Positions 27,401-38,504 of a stretch of DNA of 64,000 bases are shown one piece after another. Position 1 is the stretch's first letter; the number at the start of each line of letters is the position of its first letter. A program made the translations under genes and the position numbers. The notes under the pieces are model-generated. The model was not told the origin of the DNA. It saw nothing but the letters and a program-made list of their open reading frames with translations, and did no database searches. Source of the DNA: an uncultured Planctomycetota bacterium. Lineage in GTDB: Bacteria > Planctomycetota > Planctomycetia > Isosphaerales > Isosphaeraceae. Location: contig CAWJTV010000013.1 of NCBI GenBank assembly GCA_963845755.1, positions 160,001-224,000 of the forward strand, in the 5' to 3' direction.

Positions 27401-27476
27401 CTTGACAACGCTCGCTCGAGCTCGTCTCCAACCTTCGCAAAAGAAGCCATCCGTTGTGGGACAATACAACGGTTGA
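21432..27476 (+). CDS. ~2000-aa secreted surface protein: LEPR-xLL leader, two parallel beta-helix modules, ten Ig-like (Big_5/SbsA-type) repeats; indels at ~22425 and ~24047
   Basis: RPRFESLEPRLVLS; YYIATTGNDKNNGS.SSPFAT twice; N-rich beta-helix repeats; DILGNPR...DIGAYE twice; P.VTSESP..GATNV...ATFNEAV...LTP.SALAYNTSYT...FSWSFTT ten times. Both indels are evident by comparison with the sister copies. Confidence 0.9.
22826..25270 (+). repeat. Eight near-identical 306-bp tandem repeats (Ig-like domains)
   Basis: The period of 306 bp is visible directly and through the recurring antisense 66-aa ORFs at 23041, 23347, 23653, 24266, 24572 and 24878. Confidence 0.95.
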
Positions 27477-27966
27477 CCCGCTTGCTCTCCGGGGGAAGTC
27501 TTTGCTGAGGGTCAAACTGAGTGCGAGAATCCATCGAACCGGACACCGGCCGGCTTGGCCGGTCGGTGATTCGGCCCTGGGTCTTGCGGAGTTTCGAGGA
27601 TCGAGTCGCCGAGGCAAGCCGACAGTTGTCGAGACGACGGTACGAGGACGAGGTTCCGCAGTGAAGGGTAGGATCGGGAACTGGCCGCGAGGGACCTTCG
27701 CTCGATCGATAGACGAGGATCACGATCCCTCGCGGTGCCGTCTCGGGCGACCACCCCACGTGAAGTTCGGCCATCTGATATCGATTGTGATTGGCGCCCT
27801 GTTCTGCGGCGCCTTTGGATCGTGTCCTGGGCTAATTCCCGGCGACCATGCCGGGTCCCTTCCCGGGCCCGCGAGGCACTCCTCCGCGGTCGGTGCCGGT
27901 GCCGGCCAGCGAGGTCGCCAGTCATGTGATGTGCTTAATCCGTCACGCCGACCACGTCAGCCGGCC

Positions 27967-30216
27967 TCATGCGCAGTCCTCGCGGGGTGGCAATCCGTGA
28001 TCCTTTCGCTCTCCGAGGATCCCGTAACGCCCCGAAGCCTCGAAGAAAGGTTGAAGCATGGCCGTGTAATTACGCCACCGCCCCACCGAATGCGTATGAA
28101 TCGGCTCGCGCACCTGAAGCAGGCTGGCCGTCCGCACGACTCGCTTCGACTTGTGGAACTCCAAGCAGGACGGCTCCCAGTCCAGGCCCACGAAGGCGAT
28201 CAGGCGCCGGGCATGGCCCTCCAGGTCGCGGACAAGTTCTTCGTACACGACTTCGAGCCAATCGATCGGCTTGGTTTCTCTCCAGTGTGCAAACAACCTC
28301 TGGTGATCGGCAAATCGCCGCACAATATGCTCCCAGTTGTTGGTCCAGGGATTCGTGGCGAACGACGTTTGCCAGCAAGATACAGCGATGTCGCGCAGGT
28401 CTCGATTACAAACGATCACCCGCGCCCGGGGCCACAAGAGGGCGATCAGTCCCAGCAAATTGAAGTTGTCGGGCATCTTGTCCACGACGCGCCTCGCCGA
28501 GGGGGGAGCCAGTCGATCCAGGCTTGCGAGATACTTGCGGGCCGCCGCGCGAGCCGAGTCGGGGCCGAGAGCCGTCAAGGCTTCAAACGGATCGCCTCTC
28601 GGCCGGCCCACCAGTTCGGGCATTGTGCGGAACAGGCGGATCGCCTCGTGCAGCTCACCCGCGCCATGGACTTGGGAATGCGAAGCCAGGATCTGCTCAA
28701 CCAGGGTCGTTCCTGAGCGTGGCAAACCGACAACGAAGATCGGTCGCGGATCGGGGTCGCCCCAACTTCGGCCGCGTGCGCGCAGGTCGGGGTTGAAGAC
28801 AACGATCAGCCGATCGATCATGCGAGAATACACGTCGGGATCGAATGACTGGCCTTTTGAGGCCTGGAGCGCCCTCTGGAGACTGTTGGCGATTTCGAAG
28901 TGTTCGGCGGCCTGAGCGTAGAGACCGCGCCCATCGAAGACGCCCCCCAGTGCGAAATTTAGTCCGGCCTTCAAGCTGTGAGAAACGTACTTGTGCTCGA
29001 GCAACTCTTGCATCGCCTTGATGTCGTGATCGGGTAGAGCTCCCCTGAGATTCATGGCCAGCCGCCAGTAGGCATCCGCCACATTCGGGCGTACCGCCAG
29101 GATCCGACGTGCCGTCTTGCACGATTCTTCTCGGTCACCGCGCTCCGCCTGGAGCCGCGCCAGCGCGACCCAGGGCGTGGTGAGGGTGGGGTCGTTGCGA
29201 ATCGCCTCACGGTAGGAGGTTTCAGCTTGATCCAACAAGCCCTGATCATTCCGCGCAAGACCAAGTCCGTAGTGTGCCTCGGCCGACGTGGCATCGAGCG
29301 CCACCGCCGCTTGATAGTGCGCGGCGGCATCATGGGGTCGCTGGCGGGCCAGCGACAAACTGCCCAGTTGGACGTACAGGCGCGGGTTGTTCGGATCGAG
29401 AGCCCCGGCTTCCTGCAAGGCCCGTACCGCGTCGTCGTAACGCCCGCATCCCAGGAGAAGCTCGCCCATTGCGATCCGGATCGAAGCATTGCGCGGGGCC
29501 AGCTCCAACACTTGCTCGTAACAGGCGAGCGCCTCGCGGAACCGCCCCTGGAGGCGAAGTACCTGGCCGAGGTTCTCGAGCGCCTCGGGAAGCTGCGGTG
29601 CCAGGCTCAAGGCGCGGCGACAATGCATTTCGGCTTCATCGACCAAGTCGGGGTCTCTCAGCTCCCAGAGGGCTTGCCCCAGCTTGGTGAGGGCCAGAGA
29701 ATTGTCGGGCTCGATCCTCAGAGCCGCGCACAGCGCCTCGGCGGCCTCGATGTGCTGGTGTAGCGCCAGCAGCGCAATCCCCAGGTTGATGTGGCCCGGT
29801 ACCAACCGAGGCGATAGTCGGATGGCCTCCCGATAAGCTGCCACCGCGTCGTCAAGGTGCTTTCGGTCGTGCGCCAGGTGACCGAGAACGTTCCAGCATT
29901 GAGCCGAGCCCGGATCCAGAGCGAGTGCTCTCTGCGTTTCGCCCGCAGCCTCGTCGGGGCGGCCAAGAATGCGCAACACCTCGCCGAGGTTGGCGTGCAA
30001 GCGAGCCGAGTCCGGTACAATCGCCAGCCCCCGTGCAAAGAGCGCCCTGGCTTCGTCGGGGCGTCCCAGATGGAGTGACAAGACACCGAGCCCTTCCAGC
30101 GCTGCGACCTCATCCGGCTGCACCTGCAGGACCTCGCGATAGAGCCCCTCGGCCTCGGCCAGCCTCCCTTGCGCATGGAAGGCTCGTGCACGTTCCAACC
30201 CGCCTTCCCTCCCCAT
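27967..30216 (-). CDS. TPR-repeat sulfotransferase
   Basis: N-terminal TPR array, the PAPS-binding PIFVVGLPRSGTTLVEQILASH motif, VDKMPDN, RDLRDIAVS and RTASLLQVR. Confidence 0.92.
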   Translation of the reverse strand: MGREGGLERARAFHAQGRLAEAEGLYREVLQVQPDEVAALEGLGVLSLHLGRPDEARALFARGLAIVPDSARLHANLGEVLRILGRPDEAAGETQRALALDPGSAQCWNVLGHLAHDRKHLDDAVAAYREAIRLSPRLVPGHINLGIALLALHQHIEAAEALCAALRIEPDNSLALTKLGQALWELRDPDLVDEAEMHCRRALSLAPQLPEALENLGQVLRLQGRFREALACYEQVLELAPRNASIRIAMGELLLGCGRYDDAVRALQEAGALDPNNPRLYVQLGSLSLARQRPHDAAAHYQAAVALDATSAEAHYGLGLARNDQGLLDQAETSYREAIRNDPTLTTPWVALARLQAERGDREESCKTARRILAVRPNVADAYWRLAMNLRGALPDHDIKAMQELLEHKYVSHSLKAGLNFALGGVFDGRGLYAQAAEHFEIANSLQRALQASKGQSFDPDVYSRMIDRLIVVFNPDLRARGRSWGDPDPRPIFVVGLPRSGTTLVEQILASHSQVHGAGELHEAIRLFRTMPELVGRPRGDPFEALTALGPDSARAAARKYLASLDRLAPPSARRVVDKMPDNFNLLGLIALLWPRARVIVCNRDLRDIAVSCWQTSFATNPWTNNWEHIVRRFADHQRLFAHWRETKPIDWLEVVYEELVRDLEGHARRLIAFVGLDWEPSCLEFHKSKRVVRTASLLQVREPIHTHSVGRWRNYTAMLQPFFEASGRYGILGERKDHGLPPREDCA

Positions 30217-30578
30217 CCCGGACCTCCGCGGTTTTCTGGAGGGGCCTGGTGTGACCACCCGAGACCCGCCCAGCGAGGAAACGCAAATGCCGCCGGATGG
30301 CCAGCTCCCAAGCACACGGCCTCCGCCTGATCCAAAGCCCCCTTACTCCGCACGCGCGCAGGCGCTCAGTTTGGCGAACCCGTCTTCTGTTATCCTGGCA
30401 TCCTGTCCTGATTATCGTCAACACACGAGATAGCGACGGGTGCAATCGCATTCTTGTAGGTGCAGCTCGAGGGCTAACGCGCTCCAACTTCGGTTCGATC
30501 TCGATCCTTGCCGTCTTGATGCTTCCTGAAGTCGCCGACGGAGCTGGCGGCGCGATGGGCCTCGGTCCCTCGAGTCGG

Positions 30579-32300
30579 TCACCGCGGGGCTCGCATGTCT
30601 CCCCGGGAATGGAGCGCCTGATTCAGCTCGGGCAGGAGCTGCAGCAGAAAACCGGTATAGGAGGCGTCCTCTGCGGCTTCCATGCCCCCGCCTGTGCGGT
30701 GAATCAGGTAAAGCTTGTACAGGAAGAGTTGGGATCCGAACGCAACCCGGGGGCTATAGGGAACGCTCCAGGTCCCCGTCGTCTTCCAGGACCAATAGAT
30801 CCGTATGTGCTCAGGCGGGAAGACAGAGTGCCGTTCGAAGTCGGCCCAAGCAAGCTCGGCCCGATCCTCCTTTCGATCAACCGGCACGGAGAGCGTCTCC
30901 GGACGCTTCTCGACCATCTCATAACCGACTCCGGGATAGCAGACCTCTGGAGTATGGAGGGAGACAGGGCCCGGCCGTCCGCAGACGATGAACAGGGTGG
31001 CCGCCCTATGCGTCCTGGTGTTCTCATAAAGCCGCATCAGACAACCATCGAGCTCCGCGGCCACCATTTCCCGCGGGTCAACAGCCACATCTCGACCAAC
31101 CCAATCGCCGATCGCCATGGGGACGCGATCGAGACGTCCGAGGGCGTTTTTCAGTTCTTCCGACTCCTTCCAGCGGTCCGTCCAGAGACCATCGATGATC
31201 GCCGATCCCACGACTAGCACGATCCCGACCATGACGGGGATCACAAGCGACCCTTGCACGTTCGGGACGGCCTGTTCTCGGCACCTCGAGAAGTCTTTCC
31301 CGAAGTTGGCGCGACTCGATCGCTGGTCGTCGTTCTCGATAAAGAGGTGCGAAAGCAGTTGACACTCGATGAAGAGGATGGCCAAAGTCAGGAGCATCAT
31401 GAGCCATCCGGCCAGGTCATGATAGACCACGTCGGCGACTCGCTTGCCCACCAGAATATGCAACAAGCCGGTCGCTACAATCCGAGCGACGTTCACAACC
31501 AACGCGATGGGGATCGCGCCGAGGACGAGCAAGAGCCTGTCCAGAAGTGGACGACTGACCATGATGGCCGCCGCAACCGAGAGGGCCAGGAACATGTAGG
31601 ACATCCCGAGTCCATTGCAGGCGTCAACGACCCCGATCCGAAAATCGTCGATGACTATCGTATTGCCGGAGCTGAATGCTGGGAGCCCGAAGACTTGCAG
31701 CGCGTAGGTGCTCGCCTCCGTCGCCATTCGCTGGAGCGGGAATCCCAGCGCCGTCTCGACACTGTAGGGAAGCGGCACCATGAAAATGAGGAATGCGAGG
31801 GCTGGCCACGCCCACGGCAAGGTGGTCCAGCCGCCGCACAGCGTGACCAGCCCTGTGAGCCCGACAAGGAGTGACATCGTCTCGAGCCACGAAAAGTAGG
31901 TATAGGCGCCCAGCAACCTCAGCGCACCGGCGCCTGCCAGCAGGATCAGCCCGGGCCAACGTGGTCCGACCCGTTCGGGCCGAAGCCGGCGGCGGGTCCA
32001 GAGGAGATAAAAGGCAAACGGCGCGACGAGATAACCGTGAGAGTACCGTGGATCCTGCGACCATCGTCGCGCCATCGCGCCTAGCGTTGGCCAGTAAGAC
32101 CAGAGCCAGCTCAGGGCGATCAAGCACGTGAGTATTCCCGCAGGATCGCGCGAAAGGGAGGACAAGATCGGCCGCAGGCCGTCACATGATGAAGGGCGGT
32201 TCGATCCGGGCGGCGACTGTCCGGGTCGGTGCGGAACCGGTTCCCCCCCTGGGCCGTGAGGTGGGGGGCTCGGAGAGGAAGTATCGCCATCAAGGTCCAT
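30579..32300 (-). CDS. Exosortase fused to an EpsI-like periplasmic domain
   Basis: YSHGYL, multiple TM helices, the triad Cys (VVDACNGL), Arg (NVARI) and His (YHDLAG), and a C-terminal HTPEVCYPG motif. Confidence 0.92.
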   Translation of the reverse strand: MDLDGDTSSPSPPPHGPGGEPVPHRPGQSPPGSNRPSSCDGLRPILSSLSRDPAGILTCLIALSWLWSYWPTLGAMARRWSQDPRYSHGYLVAPFAFYLLWTRRRLRPERVGPRWPGLILLAGAGALRLLGAYTYFSWLETMSLLVGLTGLVTLCGGWTTLPWAWPALAFLIFMVPLPYSVETALGFPLQRMATEASTYALQVFGLPAFSSGNTIVIDDFRIGVVDACNGLGMSYMFLALSVAAAIMVSRPLLDRLLLVLGAIPIALVVNVARIVATGLLHILVGKRVADVVYHDLAGWLMMLLTLAILFIECQLLSHLFIENDDQRSSRANFGKDFSRCREQAVPNVQGSLVIPVMVGIVLVVGSAIIDGLWTDRWKESEELKNALGRLDRVPMAIGDWVGRDVAVDPREMVAAELDGCLMRLYENTRTHRAATLFIVCGRPGPVSLHTPEVCYPGVGYEMVEKRPETLSVPVDRKEDRAELAWADFERHSVFPPEHIRIYWSWKTTGTWSVPYSPRVAFGSQLFLYKLYLIHRTGGGMEAAEDASYTGFLLQLLPELNQALHSRGDMRAPR

Positions 32301-35300
32301 CAGTCTCGGCTCACCTGTCTGAACAACCGTTCGTAGTTCTCTCGCTCCAATGGCGAGAGCTTGGCTGGGCTGAGGCCCGTGGCCTGGGCGGTTTGAAGGG
32401 CCGTCTGTGCGTCCTTTCGCCGATCGGCCATCAAGTAAGCTTGGGCCAGGTGGACATACTTCAGCGGCGTGGCACTTTCGTTGATCGCGTCCTCGAGATC
32501 CCGGATCGCCAGGTCGCTGCGGCCGGCCGCCAGATAGCTGATGGCCCGAGAGTCGAGCAGGTCGGGGACCGGCCCATCGAGTCTCATGGCCCTTGTGACC
32601 AGTTCGAGGGCTTCACTTCCCTTGCCGTCGCGCCGTGCCAGCAGCCACGCCAGATTTGCGAGTGGGCCGCTGTTCGCCGGATCGCTCGCAAGTGATCGCC
32701 GATACAACTGCTCGGCCTCCTGGTAGCGTCCCTCGAGGCTCCGAATGTTGCCGAGGTGGAACAGCAGCCCGGCACTCTGGGGCGTCTGCTTCAGCTCGCG
32801 TTCGATCAACTCCGCCGCGCGACGGCATTGCCCCGCATCGACCGGTGCCGAGTAGAGCAAGGCGACCGTCGTTGCGGCGACGACCTCGGGAGGACCCATT
32901 GATGAGGCCTTCTCACAGACGTCGATCGCCTCGGCCAATCGACCCCTACGGCCGAGGAATCCGGCCAAGGCTAGGATCGATTGCGCTTGACCGGACCGAG
33001 CTCCGAACTGGCGGTAGAATTCTTCAGCCACGGTCAAGAGGCCCAGGTCCTCAAGTACGACAGCAACATTGCCGACCTGATCGGGCCTATCTCGGACAAA
33101 CGATTTCAGCAGTTCGACTGCCTCATCAGGTTAACCTGTTTGTTTCAGTAACCGCGCCTTTAATTCCGCCGTCGCGAGACTCCCAGGGGCCTGCTTCTCC
33201 AGCGTGTCCACGAAGGGCGTTGCTCGGTCGATCAGACCTCGGCGGAGCAGGATGCGGGCAGCGTAAGCCAGGTAGAGTGGGTTTGTTGAATCGGTGGCCA
33301 GTAGGCTGCGGATCTGAATCTGGGCCTTGGACCAATCCCCCCCAGCCTCGTAAAGCTGGGCTAGTCGGAATCGGTCTTCCGAAGTCGTGAATTCCCGATC
33401 GGCGAGGTATTCAAGGATACGGATTGCCGCCTGCCTCGCGACCCGGTTGTTCCGAAGGGCCAGAACCGTCGCCCGGGCACGAAGTTCCTCAGCGGGCTCG
33501 TCAGGACCGGGCCAATAGGATGCACCGTCTTCCGCCAAGCCGACCAACTCCAGGGCTCGGTGGTGAGCGCCGGCGGCAGCGAGCACTGTCGCCAGGAGAC
33601 GGCGAGCCCAGTCCGCATCGTCCGGCGCCTTCTCCCTGAGGTCGATGACCTTCGTCAAATAAGTCTCGGCCTCCCCAATCTTGCCGGCTGACAACGCGCA
33701 GGTTGCGGCCCCACGGAGCGTGGGAATATCATCGGGTTTCTTGGCTAGGGCCGCCCGAAACTCAGCCCTGGCCCGATCCATCTCGCCGAGCTCAGCGTAG
33801 CATCGAGCCAAGGCCGGCGCGACCTGATCGCCGGCAAGGTGGCGGCGAGCTTGCTCGATCGCGGCTCGGGCCTTTTCCCGTGCTCCGGTCCGGGCGAGGA
33901 ATCGAACCATCGTCACCCAGGTCTCCGGGGCGCTACCGGCGAGCTCCAACGCATGTTGGAGTTCGGGCTCGGCCTTCGCAGGGTCTCCAGCGGCCCAGTA
34001 GAACTGGCCGAGCCACAGGTGATCGCGGTAGTCTTTCGACCCCGGCGGGATGGATTGACTCGCCAGTTCCAGCGCTCGTGCCTGGTCGCGTATCCGGAGC
34101 GAAACTTCGGCTGCCAGGCGTTGGAACTGGAAATCGGCCGAGCCCAGACCCTGCTCCTGCCACTTCCGGATCAACCCATCGGCCTGCTCAAATCGTCGGA
34201 GCTCGAACAGAAGTTGGACGGTCCGACGCACAACGAGATGGTCGGTCATCCCCAATTCGATCGCCCTGAGGTAGTTGCGAACCGCATCCTCCGGATTTCG
34301 GAGCAAATCCTCGGTCTCGGCTCGGATGTACGGAATCAAGGGCCAGGAAGGACGCTGCTCCTCAACCTCGGCCAAGAGCAAGCGAATCTCCTCGATCACG
34401 TTCGGCTCAATCGTGCCGCGAGCCCGATTTCGAGACAACCAGAGCAAGTATCGAGCCCGGCCGCAGCGCCAGAGGGTCCCCTCCGTTCTATCGGAAGTTT
34501 GCGGGTCGTCCTCGATGACCCGGATTTGATTCAGAATCTGCCCCATGGCCGCGTCATCGCCGGCACGCAGCGCCTGCTCGAACTGGGTGAAGCGGAGGCC
34601 CAGATCCCCCGGATTTCGTTCGACCAACCGGCTCAAGATACGATCTGCTGAGCCAGCGTCGCCGATCCGAAGATACGCGCCGGCTAGCACTCGGAGGAGC
34701 GGCTCTTGGTCGCCCTCGGTCCGGCTCGCGATATCTCGCTCCAGGAGGGCTAGTTCCCGGGACGCAGGCGCGCCGCCACGAGTCGCCCAGTGCTGGATCC
34801 GAGCGAGCTGCACCTCGACACGATGGCCCAGGCGGTTCTCGGCTTCTTGCAGGATGGCCAGGGCAGCCTCGGCCGTCTCGTATCGATCGGCCAGTTCCGA
34901 CAGGGCAGTCCAGAGTTCGACCCGGTCCGGATGTGCGTCCCTGGCTGCTTTGAGCAGGACCCGGGCGCGCCCGGGCTGCCCCTGAGCCACGAGGGCCTCG
35001 GCCTGCCAGATCGTCACCGGGGTCGAATTGGGCATCGACCGGGCCGTCTGTTGGAGGACTTGTTCAACCTCCGCCCAGTCGCGTTGTGCCGCGGGGCGGC
35101 GCAGGTTGTGGAGGATCAGGAGTCGGGCCAGTGCAATGCCCACGGCCGGTGCCCGATCGAACACTCGCCGATATTCATCGATGGCCTCGCCGAGCTTCCC
35201 CATGGCCTCCCGCGTTGAGGCCAGCCCGATGCGCCCTTCCACGCGCCCCGGGTCCAGGCTGATCGCCCGCCGGAAGGCGGCTTCGCGCCGGTCGTTGTCC

Positions 35301-36549
35301 CCGGATCGTTCGTAACAAAGACCGAGGAGCAGATTCGACTGATAGGCCAGTTCCGGTTCGGCTCCGAGGAGGGGGTAGATTGACTCCAGTTCTCGCCTCG
35401 CTTCGATCCATCTCAGCTCACCGACGCCGATTCGCGCATCAAGATACTTGTGGAGCTCGAGACGGACCGGATTCTGTCTCAGTTCTTCGATGACTCTCTT
35501 CGCTTCTGCCCACTTTCGGTCGTCGATCAAGGTGTCGGCGAGCAGCCAGAGGAGCTGACTGCGTCCCTCGCGATCAACCGTGATATCGACGCTGCGGCGC
35601 AGACACATCTCGGCTTTGTCGAGTTGCCCAGTCTTTTTCTCGACCAGGGCCAATGCACTCGAGATCCGCCAGTTCTTAGGATCTAGCTCCTGGCAGCGCG
35701 TGAGGTCGCGACGGGCTACCTCGAAATCGCCACGTTCCGCGGCAAATGCCGCGGCGGTCAGCAGCACCTCGGGATCCTCCGGCGCTATTTTGAGAGCGCT
35801 GGCCACGTCTGCATCCGATCCCTCGATCTGGTTTGTCTTCCGGTAAAGCCCGCGCTCGAGGAACGCCCGGCATGATCCTCCATTGGCGGCGATCAAACCG
35901 TCCTTGACTTCGCGGGCGTCCATGACGCGATCAGCCCCATTCGGATCATTGAGCCGCCCGCGGAGCAAGTGGGCGAGCCGTACGTAGCCTTCGATCCGCT
36001 GGGCGCCAGAGCGATCGCCTTCTTGAAGTGGAGAGCAGCCTCGCCATCTTCGTGAACGCCTTCTGAGCATGCTCCCAGGAGGAATTCCAGCTCACCCTCT
36101 TGGGCAGTCGTTCGTCCTACACCCTGATCGCCAACGGATCTTTCGGGATCAAGCAGGAGTTTGAGATGGGTCCGAGCCAAGGGATACCAACCCAGCCCCA
36201 TGGCCAGGTGGACGACCTGGCGCCGTACCTCGTAGCGATTCGGATCGACGCGGAGCGCCTGCTCGAGGGTCTGGATGGCGCGGATTCGATCATCCACAGT
36301 CCGAGCCAGAGAAGCGAGGATCACGCCATACTTCGCGAGCGCCGCGGGATGGTTTGGTTCGTAACCCAGGAAAAGGCGCAGGCATTCCTCAGCTTGGACG
36401 AGGTCGCCGTCCTCTTCCGCTCGGGTTGCACGCTGCATCAATACGCCAGCATTGCGCCTCACTTGGACGCGATGTAACCCGGCGATCCCCGCCCCGATCG
36501 CGATTGTGGCGAGCAGAATGGAAATCAGCAATCGCCAGTTCAACCGCAC
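32300..36549 (-). CDS. Giant membrane-anchored TPR protein (~1400 aa); indel at ~36000 and in-frame TAA at 33131-33133
   Basis: Three ORF pieces join into one TPR array with an N-terminal TM (RLNWRLLISILL) and C-terminal LANLAWLLA...LLDSRA. Its stop overlaps the exosortase start. Confidence 0.85.
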
Positions 36550-37157
36550 TTTTCATCACTTCGATCCAACCTGAACCGGATCGAACGCCTCCAGAAGTCC
36601 GTCAAACGCCATGCTCTCCAGGCCGCTATCACCAACGTTCACCCGTTTTCCAGCCGCGATCAGCCAAACCCTTCATGGCCCTCCGAGAACCGACGCTGAA
36701 GAACCGAAAACGCGGATAAAACTCAACATCCAGCAATGCCAAGGGGTCTCACTCCTTGCCGAAGAAAGCATAAGTATGCTCATCCCAGCATAAACCCACT
36801 ATGAACGACCGACGTTAACGTTCGCATCTACTTCAACAACGCTCGATCAACTCCGGGGTCAAGAGTTAGACGAGAGCTTTTGCGGTTGGAGGCCCAATCG
36901 CCCGTAAGCAGGGGAAATTCGTTCGAGAGCGTTATTAACGAGTGTCTTGGGGACGGAAGCAGGGTCGAACCAGCTCACCACAGAATGGCGGAAGGCGAAT
37001 CCCTCCGGATGCCTTTCACCGGGTGGTGCAACAGCAACTTGGATCCTCTCGATGGAGAAGTCCTCTTGACCCCTGATTCTCGGCAGATTGCAGCCAATCG
37101 CGGGGAGCAGGTACGGTCGCGACGAAAAGACAATTCAGGATGGAATCTCCGGAGGAC

Positions 37158-38060
37158 TCATCCGGTCCGTCGCTGCCGGAATCGATCCAGACCAGCCTTA
37201 CCAACTAACAAGAGAAGCGCGGAGACTCCGAGAAGGATCGTCGGCATCTCGGGGGCGATGGCGACGGAACTACCTGAGATCGACAGGCTGCCACTCGAAA
37301 TCACGCTACCATCCATTGTCACACTCGAAAGATTGACCGTACCACCAACACCACTGCCGCCATTGAGACTCAGGATGTTGCCGGTGAACGTACCTCCACT
37401 TGCGGTGAGACTGCCGCCGTGGAGGATGTTGAAAAACACGTTGCCCGCACTAACGCCATTGAGAATGATTGAGGTTTGGCTGAAAGTAACGAGGTTCGAT
37501 ATGTTGAAGACAAATTGTTCGCTAGCGGTTCCATTGATCGTGATGCTGCCGCCGCTTATGCTGAGGGAGCTCGTCACAGCTAACACATTTTGGCCGGAAT
37601 GACTCGAACTCCCCGTGAAGATGTAGTTGCTGCCGATACCAGAGTTTTGAAGGAGGTTCGCATTGGGGTGCGCACCAGTTCCTGTCCAACCCGCGGCCGT
37701 CGATGCGACCTGGTCGGCAGCCGAAACGGCACCCGTCAAGTTGGACCCCGTCACCACACTGCCTGTGACGTTAGTGTGCGAAGATGATCCAGTAATACCC
37801 GTACCGATGTATATGTTTCCATTGACAGTATCGTTCGAAGCGGAGTAACTCTGGTCCAGGCCGACGTTGCCCCCAATTGTCGAGGTTAAGACGCTAATGC
37901 CGCCTGAGCCGGGTGTCTCGAGGACGGTGAAAGTTGCGGCTTGGCCGAGGTTTAGCGTCTGCCCAAAGCAGAGTGAGGGACCCGCAAGCGCAAGCCCCAA
38001 CCCGATGACCGCAGCGAATTGACTTGATGAGAGATTCGACCGATTGTTGTGAAAAATCAT
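37158..38060 (-). CDS. Secreted Gly/Ser/Thr-rich beta-solenoid protein with a PEP-CTERM-like tail
   Basis: Signal peptide; LNLGQAATFTVL; QFVFNI...IILNGVSAGNVFFNI; tail APEMPT followed by a TM helix and RFRQRR. Confidence 0.8.
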   Translation of the reverse strand: MIFHNNRSNLSSSQFAAVIGLGLALAGPSLCFGQTLNLGQAATFTVLETPGSGGISVLTSTIGGNVGLDQSYSASNDTVNGNIYIGTGITGSSSHTNVTGSVVTGSNLTGAVSAADQVASTAAGWTGTGAHPNANLLQNSGIGSNYIFTGSSSHSGQNVLAVTSSLSISGGSITINGTASEQFVFNISNLVTFSQTSIILNGVSAGNVFFNILHGGSLTASGGTFTGNILSLNGGSGVGGTVNLSSVTMDGSVISSGSLSISGSSVAIAPEMPTILLGVSALLLLVGKAGLDRFRQRRTG

Positions 38061-38504
38061 CGGGCCGGCCCCCAATTGCAAAAAGAGTCAACGTCAAGTT
38101 GGCATCGTCGGCGATGTCACTCAATCCCTTGAGTCCAACATCAATCCGTTCAACCTCACCATGATACCAGGAAGCCACGGGGGAATGCAAGAGGGGAGTC
38201 GCGTTTCTGCGATCAATCCGGTTCATCCGGAATCCGCGCTCCACGCTTCCCCGCCCCGCGGACCAATCCCGTTACCGCTCACCTGCGCAGCACGGCACGA
38301 CACCCGCCACCAATCCGCGCGGCCGGTTCTGGCCGGGATCGTCATCAGGGTGTCCGTCCGGTGAAGTGCATCTACAAAGCGGTTAATGGGTGTGTGATCA
38401 TGTTCGGGGCACGGTTTTGGTTCCAGTGTGGGGCTCGGCGCATGCGATCGCCCCGAACTCACCTGGGGCGAGGCGAACGCGGGGCGGGACATGCCCGAGC
38501 CATA

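Noticed and set aside
27454..28716. 420-aa plus-strand ORF
   Set aside because: Mostly antisense to the sulfotransferase gene, with no recognisable domain.
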